Shown: piece by piece, positions 25,573 to 38,713 of the stretch | Numbering within the stretch: position 1 is the first letter of the stretch | How the letters are laid out: every line of letters begins with the position of its first letter | Assembly (NCBI GenBank): GCA_003427395.1 | Contig: BFEA01000039.1 | Location: 4,524,847-4,588,846, forward strand | Origin: Chara braunii | Lineage: Eukaryota > Plantae > Charophyceae | DNA: 64,000 bases | Direction: 5' to 3' | Notes under the pieces: model-generated | What the model was told of the DNA's origin: nothing | The model's input: the letters and a program-made list of their open reading frames with translations, nothing else | The model's database searches: none | Program-made: the position numbers and the translations under genes

Positions 25573-25668
25573 TAAAACACACTCCACATACTTTGTGTGT
25601 GTGTGATGTCTGTTGTCATGCTCCCTGCTACAGAACTTCACAGAAAAAAAAGCACGACTCTGTGTGCG

Positions 25669-25725
25669 TTGTCATATTGGCTATTGGCTATACACTAAAA
25701 AAAAGCATGAGTGCGCTAGACTGTT

Positions 25726-25728
<3 letters not shown>
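25669..25728 (-). mobile_element. 5'-truncated 3' end of the hammerhead element inside a (TG)n tract
   Basis: The reverse complement CGAAACAGTCTAGCGCACTCATGC(T)nAGTGTATAG..AATATGACAA matches 52841-52893. Confidence 0.7.
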
Positions 25729-25797
<69 letters not shown>

Positions 25798-26203
25798 TGA
25801 TGTGTGTGTGTGTGTGCGTGTGTGTGTGTGCGTGTGGGTGTGAGTGTGGGTGTATGCGCTCGAGATGCACAGACAACGGCATGACTGAGACAGACCCATT
25901 GTCGGACTTTTCACCGACTCGCCAGGTGTGTGTGTGTGGTGGGGGAGAGGGAAGGTGGGTGTCACGGAACAGCCTGTGTTTTGTGGTTTGTGTTTTATGC
26001 GTGTCTGTGAGTGTTCGTGCGCAGACAAGAGAAATGACTGCTACCGATGCTTTCGTTGGACTTCCACCAGCTCGTCAGGGATGGAAGTGTCGGGGGGGGC
26101 CAGGAGGGGGGTGGGCGAGGGAAGTTGGGTGTTGCTAAAAATAGACCATGCGTCTGTGGAAACCCTTGTGCTACTGACGGAGCAAGGGGGAAGTATAGTC
26201 ATT

Positions 26204-26333
26204 GGGCCTCGCTCCGCTACTCTCGAAATGTGCAAACAACATGAGAGTGAAACTCCCGCTAGAATGTCGAAAGATACACAGCCATTATTCTTTTCTGTCT
26301 TTTGTACATGTCGAGAGTAGTGGAGCGAGGCCC
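26204..26333. mobile_element. MITE with 3-bp ATT TSD
   Basis: TIRs GGGCCTCGCTCCGCTACTCTCGA / TCGAGAGTAGTGGAGCGAGGCCC, flanked by ATT on both sides. Confidence 0.7.
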
Positions 26334-27049
26334 ATTGATCGGAAGGATAAGGAGGGTGGAAATATATGGAAGTTAGGGGTTTTATTGCAGTCATCCCTCC
26401 ATCCTTACCCTTCTCCTGTCTTTCCCACGATGAATAATGGGAAACCAAGACAAGATTCACAAGAATAGATTTCTCTCCGGGGGGTGGGTGGAGGGGGGGA
26501 TTGGGCCTTGCTCCACTGCTGTCCAAACAAATATGCAAAATGAGAATGAACCTTCTGCTAGAACATGGAAATATACACTGCCATTTATTTATTTTTTTGT
26601 CTCTTGTGCATCTGGTGATTTGATTAGTCGAGCGTGAGACAATATATGATGCCTGCCAACGCCTGCCAATCAGGAGTGAGCTGCAGCAGATGCGCAGTAC
26701 TCTCACACTAAAGCCAGGTGCATTCCATTAAAAAAAAAAAAAAAAAAAAAAACCAGGTGCATGATTGGCACAGCTTGTTTCTTCAGCGTATGTTGTGTAG
26801 ACAGGGCAACTTGCCTTTTTTTTTTTACCTGGTTAGAAATCCTAAATCTTTTAAGGCGGCAGGCCAACTTTGCCTTTTGAAGTCGGAGCCGTAATAAATG
26901 ATATTCAAATATCAATAAAATGATATTCAAATATCAATAAATGATAATCATATCAATGGGGAACTCGCTGCCCGACCTATGGATGAATCGTGCGTTCACA
27001 CGGTTGATCAGCCAACCCACCTCTTTGGGCGGTTCAGACAGATTTGCCA

Positions 27050-27154
27050 CTGTCTTCACCCGAATAGAACGCCCCGTAATTATAGCTGCATTTAGACTGA
27101 AAGTCGCCCCAAATACAGCTATAATGATGGGGCGTTCTGTTCGGGTGAAGACGG
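27050..27154. mobile_element. pogo-like hairpin MITE, copy 2
   Basis: CTGTCTTCACCCGAATAGAACGCCCC / GGGGCGTTCTGTTCGGGTGAAGACGG-TA. Confidence 0.65.
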
Positions 27155-29707
27155 TAGCTCCACTTTGGGCGGTTTAGACAAATTTCGCTAGCTTGACATT
27201 CAGTCGATCTCTCTGCGCTCCAATGGGGCAACTCAGCCACCAGAGGCAAGGTCCCACTATCAGCCACCAGAGGCAAGGTCCCACTATCAAACAGGATTGG
27301 ATTGGAGGTCTGAATCTGGACGTGTTTGCGGAGAGGTGCACAAACTCACCATAGATCTGCTGTTCTGAATCTCTGTGTAAAACAAGTCCATATGCAAAAC
27401 ACGTCCAGATGCAGGCGGTTAATCCAATCCGCTTTGCAAGTGCGACCTCGCCCCAGGCAGGAGAGTGCGCCTCTGTACGGCACCTGTCTTCATTGGAATA
27501 TCGACAACGCCTTGTTGTAATACCCTGGAAAAGCCACGCTGAACTGCGGGACAATCAATTCCGAGCGACCGACCGCTCTGAACTGCTGAATGTACTTCAT
27601 GATTGGAGATTGTATTGTATCGAAGAGGTTTCAGTCTCTGGCTCTGTTTCATATATGTATGTAAAATTGTTAATCTGTCCATCGCATTGTATGTAAAATT
27701 GTAAATCTATCCTTCACATGACATTGTGTGTAACCGTTGCATTCAGTCACCAAGCATCTCTTTCCAGATGTAGAAACTTTTTTGTTCCCTGGATTGTTTT
27801 CACATCCGGCAAATTTCCAGGACAAGTTGTTGCACCACATCCGGCAAATTTTTTCGTCCGTCAGTTTCTTGTTGCTAAACTCAGCAGCAGGCGGCTTGGG
27901 CGCTAGGAGCGCTCCCGTTGTGCGCCCTATCCCTATGTCTGCTCCTGTGACTTTGACGCCGTTGGAGGACCATCAACTCCTGTGTGGGTTCTCGACGGAT
28001 TCACCCACTCGGACATCGGGACGTGGTGCGCCTTTGTGCGCCCTTTGTGACTATGCTGACCAGTTTCGCCCGTTTGCTCTGCCGGTTGCCACTTACCAAT
28101 TACCTGTTGATCCCTAGATTGGGAATGGATTCACCCACTCGAACATCGGGACGTGGTGTCCCTTTTCCACTTTTTGGCTAGGGTGGGTTCACCCACTCGG
28201 ACATTGGGACCTGGTGCCGATTTTCCAATTTTTGGCTAGGCTGGTTTTTTTTTTTTTTTTTTTTTTTTTGGTCCATCTTGTGACGTTTCTTGGCTTTTGG
28301 CAAAACGTTGGCTGACGTCTGGATGGATTGAGGATTCTGATGATTCTGTGCTTCCGACTGGCTCACGTCCTCCCGAGGCACTGGAAGCAGATAGCGATGG
28401 ATCCTAGCGGAGGTAAAGCAAGTGTGTTTCTTGTGGCTGATTTCACACCAAGCGTCTTGCCGGTTGCGGGGCTTGGTGCACTTGCAAAACTGGTAGATCT
28501 TCTCCTCTGTGTGTGATTTGTCCTGGGACTAGAATTGTGCACTTGCAGCAGTTCTGCGTGCGCTGCGATCTTTCGCTGGAAATTTTGGACGTGGTGGAGG
28601 GAGAACTGCACCTCCGATTCCCTTCCTAGGGGGAGCATTGGACAGATGCCGGGTTTCTTGTGGCTGATTGCACACCTAGGAAGGGAATCGGAGGTGCCGT
28701 TCTCCTCTGCGCCTTCTTGCCGGTTATGACTTGTAGAGCCTGAAAAACTTGTAGAGCTTCTCCTCTCTGTGTGATTTGTCCTGGGACTAGAATCGAGGAC
28801 GTGCAGCATTTGTGCCTGCATGGCGATCTTTCGCAGCACTGGTGCCTGGATTGGACATATGCCTTCATTTTGCTGGGTTCGACAGCTCCCGGAAATCAGA
28901 CTTGAACCCCTCTCACTTGTGTGGAGGAAAAACTGAGAGGGGCAATCTTGTGGACACTGGGGACTACTTCCGTGATCAGCCAGCGTCCAGTCATCCTTGC
29001 GTTGCACAAACGGTCTGGTAGTCCGTAAAGAGATTCTTCTTCAGGAACGAAGAATCCTATCCGGAGGAACAATTGCACACGGCGCCAGAGAGAGATTCTA
29101 TCCGGAAGAAGAATCTCTTTACAGACAATTTTAAACCACCAGTACCTTCTTCTCTCCGTTCTCTGTATCACCACAAGTTCAACATGTCCCAAATGAGACA
29201 ACTTGGATTGTGTCCCATAACTGACTGATGGATGGCAATTTGACAAAGGAGCAACCTGAAAGTCGCCTCAGGCTGATGAGCATTGCACCCTCTGTCAGTC
29301 ACTTCATGCAGCATTTGAGGCATCCCATCATTCTGAATATTCTTAAACCGCCAGAGCACACGGCCCCAGCCTTGCAAGATTTGAAGACTTCTTTATGGCC
29401 CAATCCAAAAAAATCAGAGGCTTGGGAATTGTGGGCCACGATGGCCTGTGGAGCCAGCTAGAAAAGAAAAAAGTGGTGCCACTGGCGGTTCGGCAAAGAT
29501 TGGTGTGCAGTGCGGCGCCTCAAGCCCCAGGTGTCCTGGTGGCTTAAGCCAGAGATCAACTGAGAGCGCAGGAGCTTTGCGGCATAGTCAGGCACCGCGA
29601 GTGCAAACAGAGGTAGAGAGAGAAACAGATTTGAAAACGTAAGGGGAGGTTGGGCAACAGAGATTAAGAAAGATTAAGCAAACACAAATCCATACATAAG
29701 CATGCAT

Positions 29708-29798
<91 letters not shown>

Positions 29799-29821
29799 NN
29801 NNNNNNNNNNNNNNNNNNNNN

Positions 29822-29894
<73 letters not shown>

Positions 29895-31868
29895 CAGGGG
29901 CAATTAATAAAAGGCAGAGTGTGCATGCACTCGACACTCCTACTGCAATAAGAAAAAAAAACAGCGGTTCATGAGAATCACGATGTCGGAATCGGGAGGT
30001 CTTCCCAACATGTCACCGTGCAGTGTGCACATGTTTACTACAGCCAAAACTGACCCAAGTTTGGTCATGGACTTCTGGGTGCAACCAACACAGCCAGGTC
30101 TACGTCATCGGTGCAACTGACAAACCACCGCCTACTTCATGTGTACACTAAACCAAACACCATCTTTGCGATCCTGGTCTCCGTCTGGCGTTGTTCTCCT
30201 TTCGGCCCACGATCTATAACAGGTAGGCGCGTCCTTCTGCTGGAGCTCTAGCGCAAACTAACCACGCAATCAGGGAATGCAACACTGGAGCCAGGAGATG
30301 AGAGCAGTGAACAGTGATGCGGCGGGGGAGATCATTCTTGAAGTCTACATTGCCATGAAAGCGAAGAAAGATGGGAGTCGTCATGGTGCCACATAATCGA
30401 CTGGACCTTATGACATTTCCACATGGCATATCATCAGGTGAACTGCAAGAAACAACAAACCTCAATGTGGGACCTCAGACTTACAGCAATCTCACTCAAC
30501 CTGCATCCTACATCAACGCCATGTTATCCCGGAGGACATGCTACATCCGCTGGGTCATCGATGGGCCACTAAACAGGGCCACATCGGCCTTTAGCATCGA
30601 GTGCTCCCCTACGGCAGAAATAGGGGTGCCATTTGACAAAAAATGCGCACCAAAAAAGGAGGGAATAATATAAACATGAGAACAAAATACAAAGCTGTGG
30701 CAATATACAACGGCGAACCCTTTGCCCAGGGGATACGCACTGAAGGCAGCAATCGTTGTAACTTTCTCTGTAGCTCAATAGCAGTGTGGGAATTACCTTT
30801 ATTTGCTTCCACAGAAGCGTCCTGTTCCAACCGAGAAGCAGATGGCAGGCCGCATACGTTGTCGTCCAATGTTCTTAAAATCTGCCGATCGCGCCCGTCT
30901 TCCTTGGTACCCTTGGTGGTTTTGTTTCCTTCGCCACTCGGTCCCTTCTTTCCCCCCGCGCTCGTCTTCCTGCATCCGCTGCTGCAACCGCTGCCTTCTT
31001 CATTGCATTACCCTCACCGCTTTCCATGCACGCTCACGTCTAACGTCGTAACTACTTTCCCCTGATCAGCTCTCTACTTGAAACAGAAGTTACCGAACCT
31101 TCTAATATTCAATAGCCTGAACCTCTCCTATTCAATATCCACAAGTTGTTATTCCAGGTTCTAGTACTTTGTGCCCTCCCCCCGGGGGAGTGCAAGGCAT
31201 ACCCATACCCATACCCTGACTATGCATCTCAACTACCACTCCTCTCCTGCGTGTTTCACACGAGGAAGCGCAGCCGGGCCAGGACGTCTCCCGTCCTTTC
31301 CGCGGTGCTCAGATCTGTGCCATATCTTTGTCGGGCAGTGACTCCCGTCTGTCAAAGCCTGCCTGATGCTCTTCTCTCGTCTCACGCACGCATTGCTGTG
31401 CTGAAACTTGAGAGCAACTCTGGCTTGGTTATGGGAGTCGGGAGTTCGATAGCAAGTCTGACTTGGGCTGTCCAAGTCAGAGGTCAGAGTTGCCTTTGCT
31501 GTTGAATGCTCTCTCGTCTTGCCTTACGAATTTCTGAAATGAATCTCAACATCTTTTTCCGGAACGATCCTGATCCTGCTTGTAGACAAATTGTGCGTAT
31601 AGAGTGCCTGGATAGGACATTGTGGAATTCAAAGGCGTTGCGATTTGTAACGTTCACAACACAATTGCTGTGCTACTCGACCGCTCGCCGTGCCTGAGGA
31701 ACAAAGGATCAGCGCAGTAAATGTTGTTGACACGGGACAGACTGAAATCGACGACGCTACAGTCCAATCAGGCGAAGAACACCAGTCCTGATGACATATA
31801 CAGCTACGTAACTCTGACAAAAAGGCGGTATTGAGATATTGAGATACATCTGGCTATGCAGCTGCCTA

Positions 31869-31975
31869 CCGTCTTCACCCCAATACAACGCCCGGTCATC
31901 ATAGAGCTGTATTTGGGGCATTTTTCAGTCCAGATGGAGCGATAATGACCGGGCGTTCTATTCGGGTGAAGACGG
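31869..31975. mobile_element. pogo-like hairpin MITE, copy 3
   Basis: TA-CCGTCTTCACCCCAATACAACGCCCGG / CCGGGCGTTCTATTCGGGTGAAGACGG-TA. Confidence 0.7.
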
Positions 31976-32452
31976 TAGGCCATCCAGCGAGATATCTGAA
32001 TTCATCACTCTGGCTATGTCTAGCCATTCAGCGAGCTATCTCTGCGCTAACCGACGACATTGTGCAGTGGTCGTCGGCGGACCAACGGGAAAGCTACACA
32101 TTGTCGATCGCCGATCAACATGTCGTCCTTCGGGTTAGGATGATATAGCTTGTTAGTCACCGGATGAGATGAGCCTTTTCCAGGCCTCAATGTCTGCCCT
32201 GCTGGTTAGTCAACCGATGGCTTGATACAACAAACGGTACCTCGGCGTAACTTTAAGGTGGCAATGTCATGCATGCTGTGGGATAAGAAGCGCAGCTTCT
32301 AAGATTTTATCGCACAGAGAACCAAAAGACTTCGGCCCACCAGTGCGCGCGTGCTGCGTGAGGTCACCGTTCGTCTTCGAAAAGGATGCTTCCACCAAAT
32401 ATTAAGCAGAAAACTCTACATACTTATATTCTCCCTCACGGTCTCACCCCAA

Positions 32453-33751
32453 CTACGCCCGCAGGCAGACCCTCTTCCGGTGAGGAAGTTCCTGGCTATT
32501 CAGGTTGTGTCGCTGTTCTACTCTACGCGAACCATTGCCTCCTGCAACCTGGTCAACTGGTTCGCCGCCGCTGGTCGTGCCAGCAGCGCCGCCGGCTACT
32601 GGAGCGACTGAAGAGTCGTGGCAGGGCGCAGAATCTCTCTGACCCTGACGAGCTGCGATGAGACAGCCTTCTATGTCATCCTCTCCCGATGGTACAGGGC
32701 CATTACCTCCATCCTGTGGAGCGACTGGTTCTGAATTGCTGTCGGGTACTCGGCAGCTCATCATATTGATCATCCCACCAGTTTGCGGCGCATTCGAATC
32801 CCTTGCTGCATCAACAACTTGCCCACATGTCCTCTGTGTAAGGTGATTACTGTCATGAAGAGACATGAAGTGCACCTCTGGGCGTAGCGTTCCTGGACCG
32901 GCTCTTGGACAAGGAATTGGTTCCAGGTACTGAGAAGCTCTGGTCCCTTGGTCCACGACAAGAGGTAGAACAGCTGGGTCTAGTGAAGTTCGTCGGACGC
33001 GAGCTGCACAGCAGATGGAGCTGCTGCTCCCAGCACCTATTGTGGAAGAATCGGTACCGGTATCTCTTTGGCAACCGATAAGCGTGAGGTTTGGGTGCAA
33101 GGAGTGTGATTCTCGCAAAGGTGGCGTCACATTCTCAAGCAAGCACCCGTGGATGGAACCGAACGAGGCTTGCTGATCATTGTTATAATGAAGGTAAGCA
33201 GGTCGGTTAGGCCGTGGATTGTGGCCTCCTGTATAGGCTATCATCCCATCATCGCTAAGCCTTCCTTCTTCTTCCTCCTCCTCCTCCTCCTCTCCCTCCT
33301 CTTCCTCCTCCTCCTCCTCTTCCTCTACTTCGTCCTCTTCATCCTCCTCTACCTCCTCTTCCACATCTACATCCGCTTCAAATTGCTCCGCTTCACTTAT
33401 CGATGCGCCGATTACGCCGGGCCAGCCAGAATTTGCGGCCTGCGGCAACGTAACAAATTCATTTGCTTCGTGGCATTGTAGTGACAGGCGGACGATAACT
33501 CGACTCCGCATGTCGACTTGCTGACCCTGGCGGCCATCCTGCTGCTCGTGCTGGTCGACCAAACATTGCTGAAAATGTCCTGTGTTCACAGCGAAGGTGG
33601 GTGTCGCCAGAGGACAGGAAGCTATCGGCCGCGCAGGTGCTGGCGCCTTACGGCTGCAATCTTGCGCTGCCGCTTTGGCTTCACTCTCTATCAACCAGGC
33701 CAGAAGTCGTTTACCGCCATCTGCTTCTGCTACCGACCTCCCAAGCTCTCT
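32453..33751 (-). CDS. Atypical MAPK-like kinase, terminal exon (long low-complexity/acidic C-tail)
   Basis: TTCAG acceptor in frame with the 465-aa ORF. Begins RELGRSVAEADGGKRLLAWLIESE, continuing the previous exon in phase 0. Contains poly-Glu and ends RKRVCLRA*. Confidence 0.65.
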   Translation of the reverse strand, partial: RELGRSVAEADGGKRLLAWLIESEAKAAAQDCSRKAPAPARPIASCPLATPTFAVNTGHFQQCLVDQHEQQDGRQGQQVDMRSRVIVRLSLQCHEANEFVTLPQAANSGWPGVIGASISEAEQFEADVDVEEEVEEDEEDEVEEEEEEEEEEGEEEEEEEEEGRLSDDGMIAYTGGHNPRPNRPAYLHYNNDQQASFGSIHGCLLENVTPPLRESHSLHPNLTLIGCQRDTGTDSSTIGAGSSSSICCAARVRRTSLDPAVLPLVVDQGTRASQYLEPIPCPRAGPGTLRPEVHFMSLHDSNHLTQRTCGQVVDAARDSNAPQTGGMINMMSCRVPDSNSEPVAPQDGGNGPVPSGEDDIEGCLIAARQGQRDSAPCHDSSVAPVAGGAAGTTSGGEPVDQVAGGNGSRRVEQRHNLNSQELPHRKRVCLRA

Positions 33752-34328
33752 CTGAAGCACACAAAGCCAGACAAAAAGAATGCACAAGGCAAGCAGTGCT
33801 GAATAATGGCAATTATTCAGAATCGGGACGCCCTGAATAATCAACTTCAAACAACCAGTTCAGAAAACACAGCACGAAAAACAAGAGTCCCGATTCCTTA
33901 TACCAAATTTTCATTCCTCAGATCTGCCAACCCTATTATGAGATATTCCCTATTAATTCCATCAGTGGACAGTGACAAGAAGACTGACATCCATTGCCCG
34001 AAAGGCAGAGTAGCATCTTTAGACCGCCCTCTCCCATACGTACAATCGATATAAAGGAAGCGACAAGAAGAGCAATACAGGTGCCAGTATAATCCAAACC
34101 ATGGAATGTAGCCAGTGTGAACTATTTACTGACTCTGTAAGCCTGTCCAATCCAAACCACAGGGACGTAACCGCCGCGCACTCTGTGCTGACTCCGACGC
34201 AAGCATGTCCGTCGTGTTTGAAGAAACTTGAACTCCCAATCCCTAAATCCATAGTTCGTTGCTTTACCCTACACGAGCACACAGTGCGGCATACATGAGC
34301 ACACACCGCGGCATGACTTGGGATTTAA

Positions 34329-34512
34329 ACCACCAGTACTTCAGTCCGAGGCACTTTTCTCCGACCCTGGGGATGCCCTGCGTGCCAAAATACAAACCGG
34401 CGCGGGCCATTGGTGAATTTTATCGACGGGCCGATGGCTTTGAAGGCCCCGAAAATTGCGGCACATATACGAAGATGGCCCGCAGCGGATATATGGGCCA
34501 AGTACTGGTGGT
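34329..34512. mobile_element. TTAA-flanked MITE (ACCACCAGTAC TIR family)
   Basis: TTAA-ACCACCAGTACTT ... AAGTACTGGTGGT-GTAA. Confidence 0.65.
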
Positions 34513-35355
34513 GTAAGAAAATAGTAATATGTATGATTTGGTATTAAGAAAGTGTGTAGTGGCAAAGAGAAGGAGAGGTTTATGGGGCAGAGCATGATAT
34601 GCATGTGATCGAGAAGGAGTTACAAAAGAGAGATCGAGGCGGAGCAAGCAGCATGGTCATTACGTGACAGCACGGCCAAGAGAACCACGGGGAATAGCCC
34701 GATATGGCTTCTGTAGGAAAGGAGGTGAGGGGATCGAGGAGAGCAATCAGACTGTGACAGGAATAATAACATGATGGTAATTGCCAATTGGCATGCAAAG
34801 TTTGCAAACTTCTTTTCCTTCCACTCGTCGGCTTCGCTCCCTGTCCAAGAAAAGAATGAAGCAGAGACCACCCCACAATGGGGTGGGCGGGAAAGATGAA
34901 TGATTCGCAGCGGCTGTGTCACCAGAGGCCAGCGAAGACGTGTAGAAGACAAAGCTCTGGGAATTATTTCATGAAAAAAATATGCATGAACCAATTCATA
35001 CAGGACTACAAGCGCTGTCAAGCGGCAGACAGCCTTGTCCCAATAGGTTGTGGTTAACGCGACTAGCATTTTCCTATAGAGAGGAGGTACTCCTCTAAAC
35101 ATGCGAACGCAGCTGCTGAGGCAAGGCAGGTTCTCACGGGAGGACATTCGAGGAATTGATACTGCTGCATGCAAGGCTGTGGCTCCAGAAGTTACTTCGC
35201 TTTTGTGGAGAACTGATGCAGTAGATGAGACAACACAGATCCAGAGCATGGCAATTGATACGTCAGGAAAACATGCTATAATAACAGTACAAATTTCGCA
35301 CTCAAACAATCAAGAGAGGGCACAAGCGACGGACGGTAAAGCTGATGAAACGGAC

Positions 35356-35448
35356 CTCGAGGAGCCCAAGTGCAACTGCTGGCTCACGGACTTGCCAGAA
35401 ATGTTTGTCGTCGGGGAGAGGAGGAAAAGAGACTTCCTCTGCTGTACC
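35356..35448 (-). CDS. Atypical MAPK-like kinase exon (post-kinase region)
   Basis: AG/GT-bounded, 31 codons GTAEEVSFPPLPDDKHFWQVREPAVALGLLE, phase 0/0. An extra candidate exon lies at 35754-35804. Confidence 0.55.
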
Positions 35449-36065
35449 CTGAAAAGGAGCAGATTGCCTTGCTATGCTATTGAACTGCACAATGAACGAA
35501 AAAGCAGGCAAATACAGACAACCATTCACCTCACCGCCCCTCCACCTCCTACAAAATACGCTCGCATGCACACCCAAAACACACACACACACACACATGC
35601 ATGCGTACACAGGCACACAGAAAGCAGCCCCTTCCCCCACCCCACCCAGTAAACGCACAGACATCCATATACAGACGAGGATTAGAGACCAAGCATGAAA
35701 CAAAAGTACAGAGTCAGCATGAAACAAAAGTACAGAGTCCACTGTCCACTCACTAAGCCTTCCGCATTGCTGCAGCATAAAGGTATTTGAAGCTGTAAGC
35801 TGATCTGAATACAAAGAACAACCCTGATCATAAGCGAAAAGCATAACGAAAGATCCGGACCAGAAGGATACCAAATCATGAAAACCCCGAGACCATGACC
35901 ATCGTATCCCAATCCACTCCAATCCCTAGACCCTGCCTAGTGCCGAAACCTTCGTATCAGAGTCCCCTGCTGGATGCCAGGGCAAAGGAAAGATCTCAAG
36001 TTCATTCCCCAGGAACAACAGAACTATATACCAGGGAAAGCGGCAAAGTTTTTTGTTTGACTCAC

Positions 36066-36188
36066 ATACGTATGGGAGAGCGCCTCCTCTGCCGTGCACC
36101 GAGTCTCAGGATTAAAGCTGAGCATTCTAGAAAGTAGATCAACTGCTTCCTTATCATATCCATGCAACTGCATTTGCAGGTTGCCCGC
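36066..36188 (-). CDS. Atypical MAPK-like kinase exon (subdomain XI)
   Basis: [41 protein letters not shown] with canonical AG/GTGAGT. Confidence 0.9.
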
Positions 36189-37031
36189 CTACACGTGCCA
36201 CACAGGCGAGAAACACCAAACCACGGGCCCGCACGCAAATCAGTGAAATTGAGGTCATTTAAGACAAAGGTCACGTTACATGAAGGGAGCACGAAGGGAA
36301 CAGAAAAAAATCAAAGGACTAAAACAGTAGAACCGTAAAAGACAAGTTAGAACTTAGAAATCTTATGACTTCAATACTTGGGGTTTCCTGCCACTGATTA
36401 GCAGATTGGTAAGTAAATAAGTAAATACTAAAACGTTCTAAGAACTAAATTGACAAGTAAATTGATAACAAATTAATAAAAATTATTAACAATCGTAAGT
36501 CAAATGGGTTATTTAAACTTATTTAAAATTTAAAGTTATTTTGAATATATTCCCTTGTGCCCAGGCATGAATGGCTTGCAGCCTTGCGCAGACCCATGCC
36601 TGGATGCCTGGTTGGGCAGGACATCCGGGGGAGCGCAGCCCCAGTGCAATTTTCCTTTTTGTAGATCGAAAAACAATATGCTGCATAGAATTGCAATCCA
36701 AAGTTGCAAACAGCTTTTGGCTGAGGGTCATCTCAGAATTGCTTAAACCACCACTACCTTCCACAGCTGCAGTCTCAGTTGCGAAAAATGACCTCAACCG
36801 AAAAGTTCGGGAGTCGGGGCGAGGGTTGGCGAAAAGAAAAGGTTTGGGTCTTGTGGGCCCGATTGAAAAGAAAAAAAAAAAGAAGGGAAAAAATACTGCA
36901 GAGTTGAAAGGATGGACGTCCAAAAAAAAAAAAAAAAAAAGGAAGGACATCCGGGAAAAGCCACCAAGGAGGTGTGCTCACAGTAGTGCTTCCACACGGA
37001 ATGCATCTGCCCAGAATCATTGCTAGTTTCG

Positions 37032-37137
37032 TTTTTTTTTTTTTTTTTTTTTTTTTTTCCGATGGACCATGGATCAGATATTAAATTGATCAGAACGATA
37101 CTACACTTGATCTTAGCCAAAAGGCCGAGAAAGGTAT
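37032..37137 (-). pseudogene. U2 snRNA retrocopy (nt ~1-80 plus poly-A)
   Basis: Minus strand ATACCTTTCTCGGCCTTTTGGCTAAGATCAAGTGTAGTATC...TCCATCGG followed by A27. Confidence 0.92.
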
Positions 37138-37229
37138 TTTGTGTTTTGTTATTTTTTCTTCTAATTTAGTTTGTGCCCTGCCAACGAGGCAGGGCGCTTT
37201 CCATGGACAGCTGACACTTGCAACCCAGG

Positions 37230-37745
37230 GGGCACTCTCACATGTACTCAAGCTTCTGTATCCAGCTGCTTTTACGTCCAAGGAGTTGTTGCTGTTTTCT
37301 TTTTTTTTAAGTTTTTTTCCCCCCTACTGCCGTGTCTTGCTCAGCGCTGTAACACCCGTTCGGAGGGCAGATTTTCACATGTACCAAATGCTCTGTAATG
37401 AGTCTGTATCCAGCTGCTTTCACGTCCAAAGAGTCGTTGCTTTTTTTTCCTTTTTTTCATCCCCCCCCCCCCCCCCCCCCCCTACTGCAGTGTTTTGCTG
37501 AGGGCTGTAACGCCCGTTGAGAGGGCGGATTCTCACATGAACCCAACGATATGTATCCACTGTCCAGCTGCTTTCACGTCCAAGCAGTTGTTGCTTTTTT
37601 TTCTTTTTTTTTTTCGTTTATTTTTATTTTTATTTTTTTAATTTCCTACTGCCATGTTTTGCTGATGGCTGTAACGCCCGTTGGGGAGAGCATACTCTCA
37701 CATGTGCCCAATGTTCTGCATCGAGCTGCTTTCACGTCCCTACCG
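37230..37745. repeat. Four diverged tandem units of ~140-165 bp
   Basis: Repeated TCACATG...CAGCTGCTTTCACGTCC...GCTGTAACGCCCGTT motifs. Confidence 0.75.
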
Positions 37746-38452
37746 TAGTTGATTTTTTACCTTTTCTTTCGTTTATTTTTTTGTTTGTTTATTTCATTTT
37801 CCACGAGTACCAGAAAAGAAAATACAATGGGACCCAGGCTTGCCAAAACATGGTGCGCAGTGAAATTCAGGGCCGAGAAAAACAGGCTAGGAGGTAGTGG
37901 TGTGAAATGAAGAGAAAAAAGAGAAAAAAGAAAAAAAAGAAAAAGAAACTTAAAAATCAAACTAAGGCACCCCCCTTTAAGCCCCTTTAAGCCCCTTTAA
38001 GCCCCTTTAAGCACCATTCATACCCCTCTTCCCCCACCCCACGGACGACATTGAAAAACAAAACAGAGCCCAGGTTTGGGCTGCTTTCAGCGGCAGCGCC
38101 AGGCACAGAAAAGCCCTGCAACGAGGCAACGAGGGGAAAAAAAAAAGTTCCCGGAGTTTTACATACCTCCGGGTACCCCGGGCAACCTAGGCGACCTGCT
38201 CGGGTACCCGGCTGGATGCCCTTTGTAACCTAGTAAGTAAATTGACAAGTAAACGAAAGGATTTCACCAGTGTGATCCCAGTCCCAGTTCCTGTTCCAGT
38301 TCCAGTCCCAGTTCCAGTTCCAGTTCCAGCTCCAGTTCCAGTCCAGTCTCGGTTGCATGTACTGTATTCCTGAGTCCCAGATTGGTTAGTGTCAGCACGC
38401 CAACATAGGAAGATTCCCGAAGGTACCTGTAGGCTTAGGAAAAGTCTGGAGA

Positions 38453-38520
<68 letters not shown>

Positions 38521-38701
38521 ATACCTGAGGGATCTCGCCCGGCGGTCATACCCGCCCACCATGTACAAAGACAATTTTGTGTAACTGAGTTGATTGGCTG
38601 TGACTATCTTCGAGTTTACAGTTCACATGTGCTTTGTGTGTGCGCTCCCATTGTGTGAGCTTGGTGAGAAAGAGTTGTGGGATGCATGGTCTTAAAGCAC
38701 T

Positions 38702-38713
38702 TGGTATCAGAGC
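38702..38713 (+). other. tRNA-iMet primer-binding site of an LTR retrotransposon
   Basis: TGGTATCAGAGC preceded by an LTR-like CA end at 38698-38699. Confidence 0.7.

Noticed and set aside
32453-32467. Kinase C-terminus CLRA as a CaaX motif
   Set aside because: Arg at the a2 position is unfavourable for prenylation, so this is likely chance.
32645-32670. CTGACGA core-like motif (also CTGATGA at ~7350 and ~29273)
   Set aside because: No stem II plus GAAA and no stem III, so not hammerheads.
37230-37745. Repeat-spacer-like periodicity here and at ~27985-28215 and 60730-61130
   Set aside because: The units are homologous along their length, the context is eukaryotic and there are no cas genes, so this is not CRISPR.
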